A stretch of 64,000 bases of DNA from a virus. The notes beneath the pieces are model-generated. The model made no database searches, was not told where the DNA came from, and saw only the letters and a list, made by a program, of their open reading frames with translations. Position numbers and translations under genes: made by a program. The DNA is taken from positions 1-64,000 of the IMG/VR virus record IMGVR_UViG_3300043424_000316; one strand, 5' to 3'. Shown here in pieces: positions 8,909-19,000 of the stretch; position 1 is the first letter of the stretch, and the number at the start of each line of letters is the position of its first letter.

Positions 8909-9253
8909 TTACTCACTTAAAAATTTATTGATATACTTTATCGCTTCATTTGAATTTTTTATGGTAGGTTTTCTTTTTTTGTTGAAAGAACCTTTTACGT
9001 CTTCCAATTTATCTTTTTTTACATTTAATATGGAATCCATTTTATCGGCACGCCGTTTCAATTCTATGTAATCATATTGATATTTGTTTATCAACGCTTC
9101 CAAACTGTCTTTGGTTTTCGTTGAAACCTTTATCTGTTCTTTTGATTGTGAGTTTTCATACACATTGTATATTAGCAAAATTGAAAGAACCGATATAGCA
9201 ATAATTTTTATGTAATCACCAATCTTTTTTTCCAAAACATCTTCCATTCTCAA
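8909..9253 (-). CDS. N-terminal TM plus coiled coil (i-spanin-like candidate)
   Basis: IKIIAISVLSILLIYNV TM followed by a long coiled coil; adjacent to the previous membrane gene. Confidence 0.45.
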   Translation of the reverse strand: MRMEDVLEKKIGDYIKIIAISVLSILLIYNVYENSQSKEQIKVSTKTKDSLEALINKYQYDYIELKRRADKMDSILNVKKDKLEDVKGSFNKKRKPTIKNSNEAIKYINKFLSE

Positions 9254-9594
9254 TCCTTTGTATAAGTTGAAACCATTTTTGCCTTACCACGTCCAGTTGC
9301 ACCCTTCTTTCTCTTTCGTGTTACGGCACTTCTTTTTTGTTTTGATGACATTGAAGCAGCTTTTGATGCCGGAACACATTTTGGATAAGCCCTCTTTCCA
9401 CCTTTTCTTGATTTACTACCGGCAGAGGCGCCGCACGGTGGGTGTCCACCACCTTTTTTCTTACGAGAAATATCAACCCATTTTTCTCTAAACCAGCCGG
9501 TCAATCCACCACTGGGTTTTTTTCCTTCTATCAAAACCGTTTTGATATATTCACGGATTATTAGTCTAATTTTATGTTCGTATTGTGTATTCAT
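9250..9594 (-). CDS. Small highly basic viral protein (DUF5872-like)
   Basis: GLTGWFREKWVDI...PCG...YPKCVP motif; K/R-rich. Confidence 0.55.
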   Translation of the reverse strand: MNTQYEHKIRLIIREYIKTVLIEGKKPSGGLTGWFREKWVDISRKKKGGGHPPCGASAGSKSRKGGKRAYPKCVPASKAASMSSKQKRSAVTRKRKKGATGRGKAKMVSTYTKD

Positions 9595-9615
9595 AAAAAT
9601 AAATATACCAAACGA

Positions 9616-10149
9616 TTAAATTATACTAACCCATGGCAAAATTATAGGACTTTTATTTGGAGCAGTTCCTTCGATACTACCTACTATTTTTCTCTGAAAT
9701 GCTAGTATAGAGTTTGACAGAGCATCTAAATGTTTGTCCACATCACCAAGAACAAAAGAGTAAAATAAATTAGTACCAAACGGTTCAGGTGTTCCCGGTA
9801 TTGTAACAACTGGACCTTTTACTGTCAAATCCATAGCCGGTAAAAATGGTGTTGGTGTAAATTTAGCAGAAGCCCAATAACCCATAAAACCTATCGCCAT
9901 CAGATTGTAAGCCCTTTGATTCACACTTCTAGTTTTATCGGAGAAATTGGCATCAAATGCATCGTTTATACATTTTTCTAAAAATGCAGTATCTCCTTTT
10001 AATAACTTAGCACCAAATGTTGTTCCAGCAAAACCAACAGTTGATGTTTCATATGCCTTTGCCATAATTGAAGCAAAAACAGACCTACTCTCAACATTGT
10101 TTGCAACAAGAATAGGTCTCATTATTTTCTTAAATATAGTAGCATTCAT
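9616..10149 (-). CDS. Hypothetical protein
   Basis: 177-aa ORF in operon context. Confidence 0.6.
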   Translation of the reverse strand: MNATIFKKIMRPILVANNVESRSVFASIMAKAYETSTVGFAGTTFGAKLLKGDTAFLEKCINDAFDANFSDKTRSVNQRAYNLMAIGFMGYWASAKFTPTPFLPAMDLTVKGPVVTIPGTPEPFGTNLFYSFVLGDVDKHLDALSNSILAFQRKIVGSIEGTAPNKSPIILPWVSII

Positions 10150-10154
10150 ATGAT

Positions 10155-10730
10155 TTATGTTTTATCTATTGCACCCTTGCCACTTGATGGCCACCCGAAC
10201 CTACATGACCAATATCTGGCTTTGTGTCTTGGTCCAGGAGACTGACAATTATGACGAGCACGGAATGATTTTCTACGAGCTGCATTACTCTTTTTAATTT
10301 TCATAGTCTTCTTACCACCTTCCCCTTTATGTCCAAAGTTTACTTTTACAACATTACCATTTGGTTTTTTAACATAAACGGAAAACTTTTTAGGTCCACT
10401 TGGTGTCCTAAATGGTTTACCCAATTTAACCTTACGACCACGATATTCTGCTTCGTTCATCATGTTTGGTTCACTTTCTTGTAAAGTGAAATGTAATTCT
10501 GTTATCTTCCCACAACCGTTTGTTCTATATGCTTCAAGTTGATATGTTGGATTATTGATAACTTCTTTTACATTACGATACCCACCACCAGCAGCTTTGT
10601 ACGCCTTAACAACTGCTCCAGATGCATATGCACTCGGCCATACTTTATACTTTCTTTTAATTCTCGATTTAATACTGTTGTAAAGTTTTTTATTTGTTGG
10701 TACAGCTCTCTCAACAATCACTTGTTTCAT
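10155..10730 (-). CDS. Basic two-module viral protein (possible internal head/DNA-binding protein)
   Basis: Module 1 PTNKKLY...WPSAYASGAVVKAYKAAGG; module 2 AEYRGRKVKLGKPF...KKFSVYVK...VNFG...RRKSFRARHNC...ARYWSC, of a type seen in large T4-like phages; GGAGA SD. Confidence 0.6.
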   Translation of the reverse strand: MKQVIVERAVPTNKKLYNSIKSRIKRKYKVWPSAYASGAVVKAYKAAGGGYRNVKEVINNPTYQLEAYRTNGCGKITELHFTLQESEPNMMNEAEYRGRKVKLGKPFRTPSGPKKFSVYVKKPNGNVVKVNFGHKGEGGKKTMKIKKSNAARRKSFRARHNCQSPGPRHKARYWSCRFGWPSSGKGAIDKT

Positions 10731-11038
10731 AAATTTCTCCGTTTTCTTCTTGGTGGTTCATCTATAATATCGTTATCACTTATTTCTTCATAATAATCAT
10801 GGTGTTCCATTTTCCTAAATTTACTAGCGAACTGTTCAGATGCAACTGAAAACAATCCACCAACAACAATATAAAGGAATCCATCGAATATAAACTGTTC
10901 CACTTTTTTATCATAAAAAGTAGATAGTATTGCCATAAATATCATAACAAGAAAAGAAAAAAACATCATCACTCGTTTTGAGGATATAGTGCCACCCAAA
11001 CCCCTAAAAGTTTCTGATATTGGATTAACTTTCTTCAA
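10727..11038 (-). CDS. Holin-like protein (2 TM)
   Basis: SSKR followed by two hydrophobic helices and a highly charged C-terminal tail. Confidence 0.55.
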   Translation of the reverse strand: MKKVNPISETFRGLGGTISSKRVMMFFSFLVMIFMAILSTFYDKKVEQFIFDGFLYIVVGGLFSVASEQFASKFRKMEHHDYYEEISDNDIIDEPPRRKRRNL

Positions 11039-11648
11039 TCCTTTCTCCCAAATCCTTTTCTAGTTGTTCTATGAAATTCTTTCTAAATTCTGAAAACTCG
11101 TTTTCTATTTTCTGTAAAAGTTCTTCTTTATTCAAAGGAGTTTTCCATTTTTCATTGTCACCAAAATCATTTGTAAATTCAAGTCTTGACAATTCACTTG
11201 CAATGGCATCTTTATCTTTTTCCGCCTCTTTCAACCAAGCAAGTGCATTTTCTTTTACTTTTCGTTTTTCATAATCATCCCATGTACCCTCAAGACGAAT
11301 TTTATGTTCCATATCAACCACACAATCAAAACACATACCATGTATTGCTTTCATTTTTTGATCAAGTCTTTTTGGCATAGTACAGGTGCATGTTTCCTTC
11401 TGACAGTTTGGAAAAGAATTTAGGTATTGGTGCAATTCTTGTTGCCATTCCTTACCTAATTTTATTTTATATCCGTTTTTTTGTTCCCACTCATTCCCAT
11501 CTTCATCAAACCACTTGTCCCCTATTTTACGTGAAATACCTTTTTCTTTGTCTTCTTCGGTATAACCAACTTGAACCTTTTCTTGTATTTCATGTTTTCC
11601 AGCCAAAAGTTTCTTAACATCATTAAGACTATCAATTTTTAATTCCAT
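11025..11648 (-). CDS. Hypothetical protein with Cys cluster (putative Zn-binding)
   Basis: CQKETCTC...HGMCFDC; GDKWFDEDGNEWEQKNG. Confidence 0.6.
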   Translation of the reverse strand: MELKIDSLNDVKKLLAGKHEIQEKVQVGYTEEDKEKGISRKIGDKWFDEDGNEWEQKNGYKIKLGKEWQQELHQYLNSFPNCQKETCTCTMPKRLDQKMKAIHGMCFDCVVDMEHKIRLEGTWDDYEKRKVKENALAWLKEAEKDKDAIASELSRLEFTNDFGDNEKWKTPLNKEELLQKIENEFSEFRKNFIEQLEKDLGERIEES

Positions 11649-11659
11649 AACATAACCTT

Positions 11660-12403
11660 TTATTTTATTATTTCTTTGTAAACTTTATTCCAAAATTTTC
11701 TTGTTATCATGTGCAATGGCCTCAGACCACTTTTATCTCTATTATCCTCTTTCATTTTACCACGTTTTGTATTGAATTTAGAAACAACCATATTAAATAT
11801 ATCAGCATCAAACCAACCAAATATAGAAATGAAACGAGACTTCAATTCTGCCAACTTTGCAGAACGGTCAGATAGTGCGGCAAATATACTTTTTGATGTC
11901 ATTTTGCCAAATGATGGAATATCATATCGAACATGATTCACTACCATATAATAAACATATGGGTTTTGAATGTCTTTGTAAGTCAAATGACTACTACCAT
12001 TCCATTTCATCAATCTCTTGTAATCTTTTAATTTAGAAACGTCATCTTTATCTACGGCATAAATTACAACAGTTGAATCACCATCGAATTGTTCGATTAC
12101 ATCGGTTGCATGAAATGGTGTATTTGACCTTTGTATATGTTTAACATTATGACGACGCATAATTGTAAACTTTTCGTCATATGTCAATGGTTTTTCTATC
12201 GGATCTGTAATGTCATTTGTAACAATGATTACGTTATCCTTATCGAACTTACGGCAAATTCTTTCATATTCTTCACGATGATAAATTGCCATCGGTTGAA
12301 ATTTGCCAGGATACAGAACAACAATATCTCTATCCACTAATTCATTTTCATTGAATATGGCAAGATTCATTTCTTTTATCAGTCTAACAATTTTATTGTT
12401 CAT
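11660..12403 (-). CDS. Cytidylyltransferase-like (HIGH superfamily) protein with degenerate motif
   Basis: VVLYPGKFQPMAIYH in place of YPGRFQPFHxGH; PLTYDEK downstream. Confidence 0.6.
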   Translation of the reverse strand: MNNKIVRLIKEMNLAIFNENELVDRDIVVLYPGKFQPMAIYHREEYERICRKFDKDNVIIVTNDITDPIEKPLTYDEKFTIMRRHNVKHIQRSNTPFHATDVIEQFDGDSTVVIYAVDKDDVSKLKDYKRLMKWNGSSHLTYKDIQNPYVYYMVVNHVRYDIPSFGKMTSKSIFAALSDRSAKLAELKSRFISIFGWFDADIFNMVVSKFNTKRGKMKEDNRDKSGLRPLHMITRKFWNKVYKEIIK

Positions 12404-12857
12404 TTTGTGTTCCAGGTTTAGTAGGCCAAACTATATTGAAAGGATCCGATTGTAATGTTATATCTCTCAGTGATTGACGATATAATTGCCACTCTTCCCT
12501 TTCTTCTGGCGTAAAAGGACTATCAAGAACTTGTGTCCAATCGCTTTCTACCAATTCAATGTTTCTACGTGAACGAATTTCTATCCACATATTAGTTATT
12601 CTTAATTGAATTTCTTCTTCTGTAATTTTTTCTATATCTTCATATTCTACCACTTCACTTTCATAAATTTCAAAATGTCTTCCAATTATTTTATACCCAT
12701 CGGGAACATCTGATGCTTGGAATCTATATGGAATCCACCCATAAGATTTCAAAATATCAATATCCAAAAGATTAAAATTTGATATATTTTCCCAAGTTAT
12801 AGGTAAGAGTCTATTTGATTCTACAACAACACCGTTTTTAACATAAGCATATCTCAT
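12393..12857 (-). CDS. Tail fibre assembly chaperone
   Basis: C-terminal IRSRRNIELVESDWTQVLDSP...WQLYRQSLRDIT...VWPTKP signature. Confidence 0.85.
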   Translation of the reverse strand: MRYAYVKNGVVVESNRLLPITWENISNFNLLDIDILKSYGWIPYRFQASDVPDGYKIIGRHFEIYESEVVEYEDIEKITEEEIQLRITNMWIEIRSRRNIELVESDWTQVLDSPFTPEEREEWQLYRQSLRDITLQSDPFNIVWPTKPGTQNEQ

Positions 12858-12904
12858 TTATACATCCGTTTTTAAATCAAAAAGTCTAAATATAAATATA
12901 AATT

Positions 12905-13588
12905 TTATTTAGTTTTATCGTTTACAAATTCATCCAATGAATTGTACATAGATGATGTATCAAAATTACCTTCAATTATTTGATTACATCTTTTTTCAAA
13001 TAAATCTATGTGATCACCCCATCTGCTCTCAAACAAATGATAAATGTTATCATTATAGAGTGTTCCTATTCCATAATATCCATAATTTGACATTCTCCAA
13101 ACACCATCGTATTTTGGAACACCATCAAATTTTGTTGGGTATAAACATCGATATGTTTTTCCATGATATTCAGCAGTATAACTCAATTCTTCTGCTGTAT
13201 CAGATCTTTCTGATAAGTAAAAAGAAGGCATATCTAGTTCTTCATAACAAGTTTTTGATAAAACTAAAAAACAAGGAGCTGCATATACATGGGTTTTTGG
13301 TGGAATATGATTAGAAACTTGAGCTGCACCTACAAACGATTTATTATCTAATGCATATTTTATAGAATCATCGATTATTTTTCGATTAAGAGGAACACAA
13401 TCGATTTCAAAAAAAACATAAACATCAGATATAGTATTACGGCAAACTCCTGTCATCCATATTCCTTGATTGACATTCATATTTGAATACTGTATATCTA
13501 TTCCGAAGTGTTTCATAACTCGTTTGTGGGATTGTAGTATTCTATCGTCTACATTATCCCAATATAATGTATGGTATGATATTTTCAT
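12905..13588 (-). CDS. Putative glycosyltransferase (GT-A-like)
   Basis: YVFFEIDCVPLN (DxD-like), H.YAAPCFL, IYHLFESR; located in glyco cluster. Confidence 0.5.
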   Translation of the reverse strand: MKISYHTLYWDNVDDRILQSHKRVMKHFGIDIQYSNMNVNQGIWMTGVCRNTISDVYVFFEIDCVPLNRKIIDDSIKYALDNKSFVGAAQVSNHIPPKTHVYAAPCFLVLSKTCYEELDMPSFYLSERSDTAEELSYTAEYHGKTYRCLYPTKFDGVPKYDGVWRMSNYGYYGIGTLYNDNIYHLFESRWGDHIDLFEKRCNQIIEGNFDTSSMYNSLDEFVNDKTK

Positions 13589-13590
13589 CT

Positions 13591-14367
13591 TTAAATCTCT
13601 ATACTATTCCACAAATTTTCCCAATCCAAAAATGGATCCTTTTGTTCATTAAATCCCATATGAAGTGCAAGTGAAGTGATTGGTGTAAATAATTTCGCCT
13701 CCCATCTCCAAATATGATTTATTGTTGTTCCTTCATGTACTAAATTTCGTTCACCCCACTCAGTCATATATTCGGTTGATAACATATAAAATCTACTCCA
13801 ATGTTTTCTAACAAGTTCTGGACTACACATGAAAACGAAAGTAGAATACTTATTTGTTCTCCATCTTCTATTTTTTCCTAAAACTATTCTACATTCATCT
13901 ATGTAATTTGGTTTGTAGTTATCTGGATCATCAAATGGGTGTAATCCCACTTCAATTCCTAAATTTTTCTTGAATGTTTTATATGAATCCACCATTTCTT
14001 CTATTGCAGTTGGAAAATGTAAATAATCATCTTCTACAAAATAAACTAGATCTGCAGTTGAAGCTCTACCCATTTCAAATTGCATATATCCAGAATAGTT
14101 AAATCCTTTTTCTTCTAAAGGAATATATTTGTATTCGTGTTTTGAATTTTTAAATATATCGTGTAAATAATCTACTGTTTTTTGAAATGAATGATCGTCT
14201 AACCATATAAATTTTATCTTACCATCTTTATAGTTTTCTGCAGAATTTACTAACGATTTTACACATTTTCTTATTAAAGTTTGTTTATCAACTCCACAAT
14301 ATCTTGGTTCTCTTGATGGATGAATGTCTATCAAATCATGTGTTCTTAATATAATATCTAAGTTCAT
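13591..14367 (-). CDS. Glycosyltransferase family 2-like
   Basis: IWLDDHS and LVYFVEDDYLH acidic motifs, SLALHM. Confidence 0.7.
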   Translation of the reverse strand: MNLDIILRTHDLIDIHPSREPRYCGVDKQTLIRKCVKSLVNSAENYKDGKIKFIWLDDHSFQKTVDYLHDIFKNSKHEYKYIPLEEKGFNYSGYMQFEMGRASTADLVYFVEDDYLHFPTAIEEMVDSYKTFKKNLGIEVGLHPFDDPDNYKPNYIDECRIVLGKNRRWRTNKYSTFVFMCSPELVRKHWSRFYMLSTEYMTEWGERNLVHEGTTINHIWRWEAKLFTPITSLALHMGFNEQKDPFLDWENLWNSIEI

Positions 14368-14372
14368 ATCAT

Positions 14373-14969
14373 TTACCTTTTAAATAACCATGTTTGTTCA
14401 GCATAATTATATGCAGCTGCTTTTATTTTAATTACATTTGGTTTACCAAAAAAATCATCGACTGCATCCATAACGGAAGGCCATGCATAATCATCACCGG
14501 CAATATATCCACCTTTTTTCAACTTTGGAAACCAATGTTCTATATCAGATTTAACACTCGCGTAATCATGTGCTGCATCTATAAAAATAAAATCCAAACT
14601 TTCATTTTCATATAGTTTTGATGCTTCAGTTGAAGACATTCTAATTGGATTTATTACAGATTTAATAGAATACGTATTTTTTATGAACTCATCGTATAAA
14701 CCATTTGGTATTTCTAATAAAGGTTCATATGAATCATTTTTTTTATCTAAATGTTCTGATGAACCCTCCCATGTATCTATACAATCAAAAGTAATTTTCT
14801 TACCACTATTTATTATCTCAACACCCATATATGTTGAACTTTTTCCTTTCCAGCTACCAATTTCAACAAAATGATACTGATCCACATCATTACAAGAAAG
14901 AACCATTTGTGTAAAAAGTTTTTCTTGAACAAACCAACCTGGAATTTTGTAGTAATAATGGTTTATCAT
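14373..14969 (-). CDS. Class I SAM-dependent methyltransferase (Methyltransf_24-like)
   Basis: FVEIGSWKGKS, DCIDTW, DFIFIDAAHDY, GGYIAGDDY. Confidence 0.88.
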   Translation of the reverse strand: MINHYYYKIPGWFVQEKLFTQMVLSCNDVDQYHFVEIGSWKGKSSTYMGVEIINSGKKITFDCIDTWEGSSEHLDKKNDSYEPLLEIPNGLYDEFIKNTYSIKSVINPIRMSSTEASKLYENESLDFIFIDAAHDYASVKSDIEHWFPKLKKGGYIAGDDYAWPSVMDAVDDFFGKPNVIKIKAAAYNYAEQTWLFKR

Positions 14970-15976
14970 TATTTATATCCCTCAGCTAATTTGATAAGTT
15001 CTTCTCTAATTTTTAGAAACGGTTCGTCCCATTCTCCATATTTTTCTTGTCTAAATAATCTAACGGAATCATACCAAGCTGATGTATTTCCTGGAACAAC
15101 CCATGTGTAATACGGCATTATTGGAATCACTATCCATGTTGGTTTTCCCATAGCAGCTGCTAAATGTGCAACAGAAGTACAAGAAGAAATTATTAAATCA
15201 CATCCGGCTATTATATTAGCAGTTTCTTCCCATGTCTTCATTTGTTCTCTCATATCACCAAATGGAAGGCCATCTACTAAATTTTCATCTCTTTGAAGTG
15301 AATAAAATGTTGTATTTGGAATATCATGCAGGTTAATCATTAAATCTGGAGGAAATCTTCTATGTTGTTCATCTTCAAAATCTGGTGAACCACTCCATCT
15401 AATACCTACTTTTAAAGTTCCTTCTTTTGAAAATAATTTTCTCGGTTCTTTTGCAGATATAAAAGGAGATCCATCCAAATCATCTAATTCCATTCCCAAT
15501 ACATAAGCAGCTGACATTGCTGGGACCCAATAGTCATAGTGGGCACCCATTACAATCTCATTATCTACACAAATAAATCCTTGACGAGAAAATAATTCTT
15601 TTATTTCAGGAGCACATGAAACCAAAACTCTTGCACCCATTTCCTGAAATTTTTTAGCGAAACGAAAATTTAGTATTTGATCACCATAACCACCTTCACA
15701 TCTAAATAAAAGAGTTTTATTTTCAAGTGGTTCATTTTTCCATATTTTTCCAGGAAGTGCTGGTAATCCAAAAACATTTATGAAACGACCGTAATTAAAA
15801 TGTTCAAATGCTTTAATCATATTTCCATGACGCATTTCATGCCATCCTAAATTAAAAAGAACTCTTGTATCATCTTGTGACTGTTCTCTTAATATCTGTT
15901 CACTAATTTCTGGTTTTCCACCTACTGCATATGATAATGCCTCATCAAGTGGATGTATTTTTTTGTCCATAATCAT
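14969..15976 (-). CDS. TPR-associated GT9/heptosyltransferase-fold glycosyltransferase
   Basis: Short TPR-like helix pair, EGGYGDQI, KVGIRWSG, FYSLQ, DLIISSCTSVAHLAAAMGKPTW. Confidence 0.75.
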   Translation of the reverse strand: MIMDKKIHPLDEALSYAVGGKPEISEQILREQSQDDTRVLFNLGWHEMRHGNMIKAFEHFNYGRFINVFGLPALPGKIWKNEPLENKTLLFRCEGGYGDQILNFRFAKKFQEMGARVLVSCAPEIKELFSRQGFICVDNEIVMGAHYDYWVPAMSAAYVLGMELDDLDGSPFISAKEPRKLFSKEGTLKVGIRWSGSPDFEDEQHRRFPPDLMINLHDIPNTTFYSLQRDENLVDGLPFGDMREQMKTWEETANIIAGCDLIISSCTSVAHLAAAMGKPTWIVIPIMPYYTWVVPGNTSAWYDSVRLFRQEKYGEWDEPFLKIREELIKLAEGYK

Positions 15977-16035
15977 AACCTCTTATTTTTAATTACTAAT
16001 ATAAGTAATTTTCATAAATAAAACAAATGTTTTTA

Positions 16036-19000
16036 TCAATAATTTCTAATAATCATAGAATGCCGATTACCAACACTTCCGGAAATCCAACTGTATTGTG
16101 TTCCTATTTGCGTAATCAGTGAACGACTTATTTTATCTCCGGTTCCTAATTGTCCAAAATTATTATTACCCCATACCCATACAGTATTATTAGATTTTAC
16201 TACAACGGTAGAATCTTCGTTATTGTTGAGACCGGATTGAGAATTTGATATAACGGCATTCAACCAATCTGTATCATTACCCAGTTGAATTGGGGATGAT
16301 CTATTTATATTAAAATTTTGGTCATAACCTAAATTTCCACTATTTGATAAACCCCAAGACCATAATGATCCATCATTTTGTAATCCAATTACAACATACT
16401 GACCTAATGATGCACTTGCGAAAGTCGGGATTGAAGTAATTTGAATTGGACTGGATCTACTAATTACATTAGCTGTTCCAAATTGATAATTACCAGTACC
16501 CCAACCCCAAACATAACCATTATTTTGAATTGCTAAAGTAGTTACTTGAAAGTCTGTATTGGTTATGTATACTTCCGACCAATTATTTAAAGTTCCTATT
16601 TGAACGGGAGAAGATCTATTAGTAGTTACACCAATTCCTAATTGACCATTCCCGTTTGCACCCCAACCCCATAATGTCCCATCGGTTTTAATAGCCATTG
16701 CATACGTAATTCCGGCAGCAATTTTTGACCAATTATTTAAAGTTCCTATTTGAACAGGAGAAGATCGTGTTACAACGGTTCCGTCTCCTAATTGACCACT
16801 TGAATTTAATCCCCAACCCCAAAGTGTACCATCTGTTTTTATAGATACCGAGTGAGCATCACCAGCAGAAACTAATGACCAATTATTTAAAGTTCCTATT
16901 TGAACAGGAGAAGAACGGAATGATGTGGTATTATCACCCAATCTACCATTATTATTGCTACCCCAAGTCCAAAGTGTTCCATCCGTTTTTACTGCCATCG
17001 TATGTGAAAATGATGCATCAATCTTGGACCAATTATTTAATGTACCAACTTGGACTGGAGAAGAATAACTTGTTGTATTTCCAGTACCTAGTCTACCATT
17101 TGCATTGTTACCCCAAGCCCATAATGTACCATTTGTTTGTATTGCCATGGTATAACTTGAACCTGCAGAAATCTGAGACCAGTTACTTAATGTTCCGATT
17201 TGAACAGGAGAAGATCGTGTTGTAATAGTTCCATTCCCTAATTGACCAAATGAATTTGGTCCCCATGACCAAATACTGTTATCTGTTGCAAGAGCTATTG
17301 TAAAATCAGTTCCTCCAGTTGAAATCGATTTAAAACTTCTATCAGTTGGTATTTTATTTGGAACATAAGTGTTTCGATTTGTTCCAGCCAAAGTATCAGA
17401 AGCATTACCCCAAAACCAAAGTGTTCCATCCGTTTTTATACCAAAACTCCTCAGATAACCGGTTTCAACTGAATGCCAGTTTGTTAAAGTTCCAATTTGA
17501 ACCGGAGATGAACGATTAACAGCAGTGCCGTCTCCTACTTGACCACTTGTATTACGACCCCAACCCCAAAGTGTACCGTCTGTTTTAACAGCTAACATAT
17601 GTCCCTGGTCACCAGCAGAAACTTTTGCCCAATTTGTTAATGTGCCAACTTGTGTTGGAACTGATCTATTTACATTTGATACGTTTTGACCTAATGTACC
17701 TATAAAATTATCAGATCCCCATGTCCACAATGTATTGTTAGATCGTATTGCAGCAGCACTATTATCACCTTTTGCCGATATAGATGACCAGTCAGTAAAT
17801 ACACCAACTTGAACTGGACTAGATCTACTAACAATATCATTATTTATACCTAATTTACCAGATGATGCCTCACCCCATGCAAATAAAACATTATTATTTG
17901 TGATAGCATAGGTTACGAGTGCTCCACTTTCTACCACATTCCAATCGGTTCTCGTTCCGATTTGAACTGGAGAATTTTTATTTATTATACTGTTATCTCC
18001 TAACTGACCGATTGAATTTATTCCCCATGCCCAAAGTGCACCACTACTACTAATTGCCATAGTATGTGAAAATCCTGCCGAAGTCATTTTCCATTGTGTG
18101 ATATTACCAATTTGATTAGGTGAAACATAATCCCAATTTATACCACTTCTTAAATCTGTTCCAGTTGTTGGTCCAATCGACTGCAATCTTGATGTTGTAT
18201 CTATTGCATGCACAACATTTCCTGTTCCACCGGAAGAAACTTGTGACCAACTGTTCAAAGTTCCTATTTGTACGGGGGATGACTGATTATTTGATCCACC
18301 AGGAGATCCAGTTTGTGTTGATAATGGAGTATTTATAGATCCCCACAACCATAATGTATTATCATTTCTTATTGCAAAACTATTTGTACCAGATAAACCG
18401 GTGGTAATCCAAGAATTTAACGTTCCAATTTGAACAGGAGATGATCTATTTACAAAATTAGTAGACAATCCTAATATACCGTTACTATCACTACCCCACG
18501 ACCATAATGTACCGTCTGTTTTAATTGACATTACATGTGCACCACCAGAAAATACAGATGACCAGTTGGTTAATGTTCCAATTTGAACTGGACTTATTTT
18601 AGATATAGATGTTCCGTCTCCTAATTGACCATTTGTATTTGATCCCCAACTCCATAATGTTCCATCATATTTTATTGCCAAAGTGCTATTGCTACATATT
18701 GCTGCGTTTGACCAATCATTTGTTGAACCAAGTTGAGTAGGCACACTGTAAATTACTTGTCTTAATGAATATGGAGACTCACCTGCACCATAAAGTTGAT
18801 TACTATTGTTTATTACAAGTGTATATCTATAACCGGTCATTCTACCTAAAACAGGTTTATTCCAATTCGTTAATACTCCAACTTGAATTGGAGATGATCT
18901 AGATATAGTGTCACCAATCCCAAATACTCCACCATTATTTGATCCCCATGTCCACAATGTACCGTCTGTTTTGATCGCCATTACATGACCACCGCCAGAA

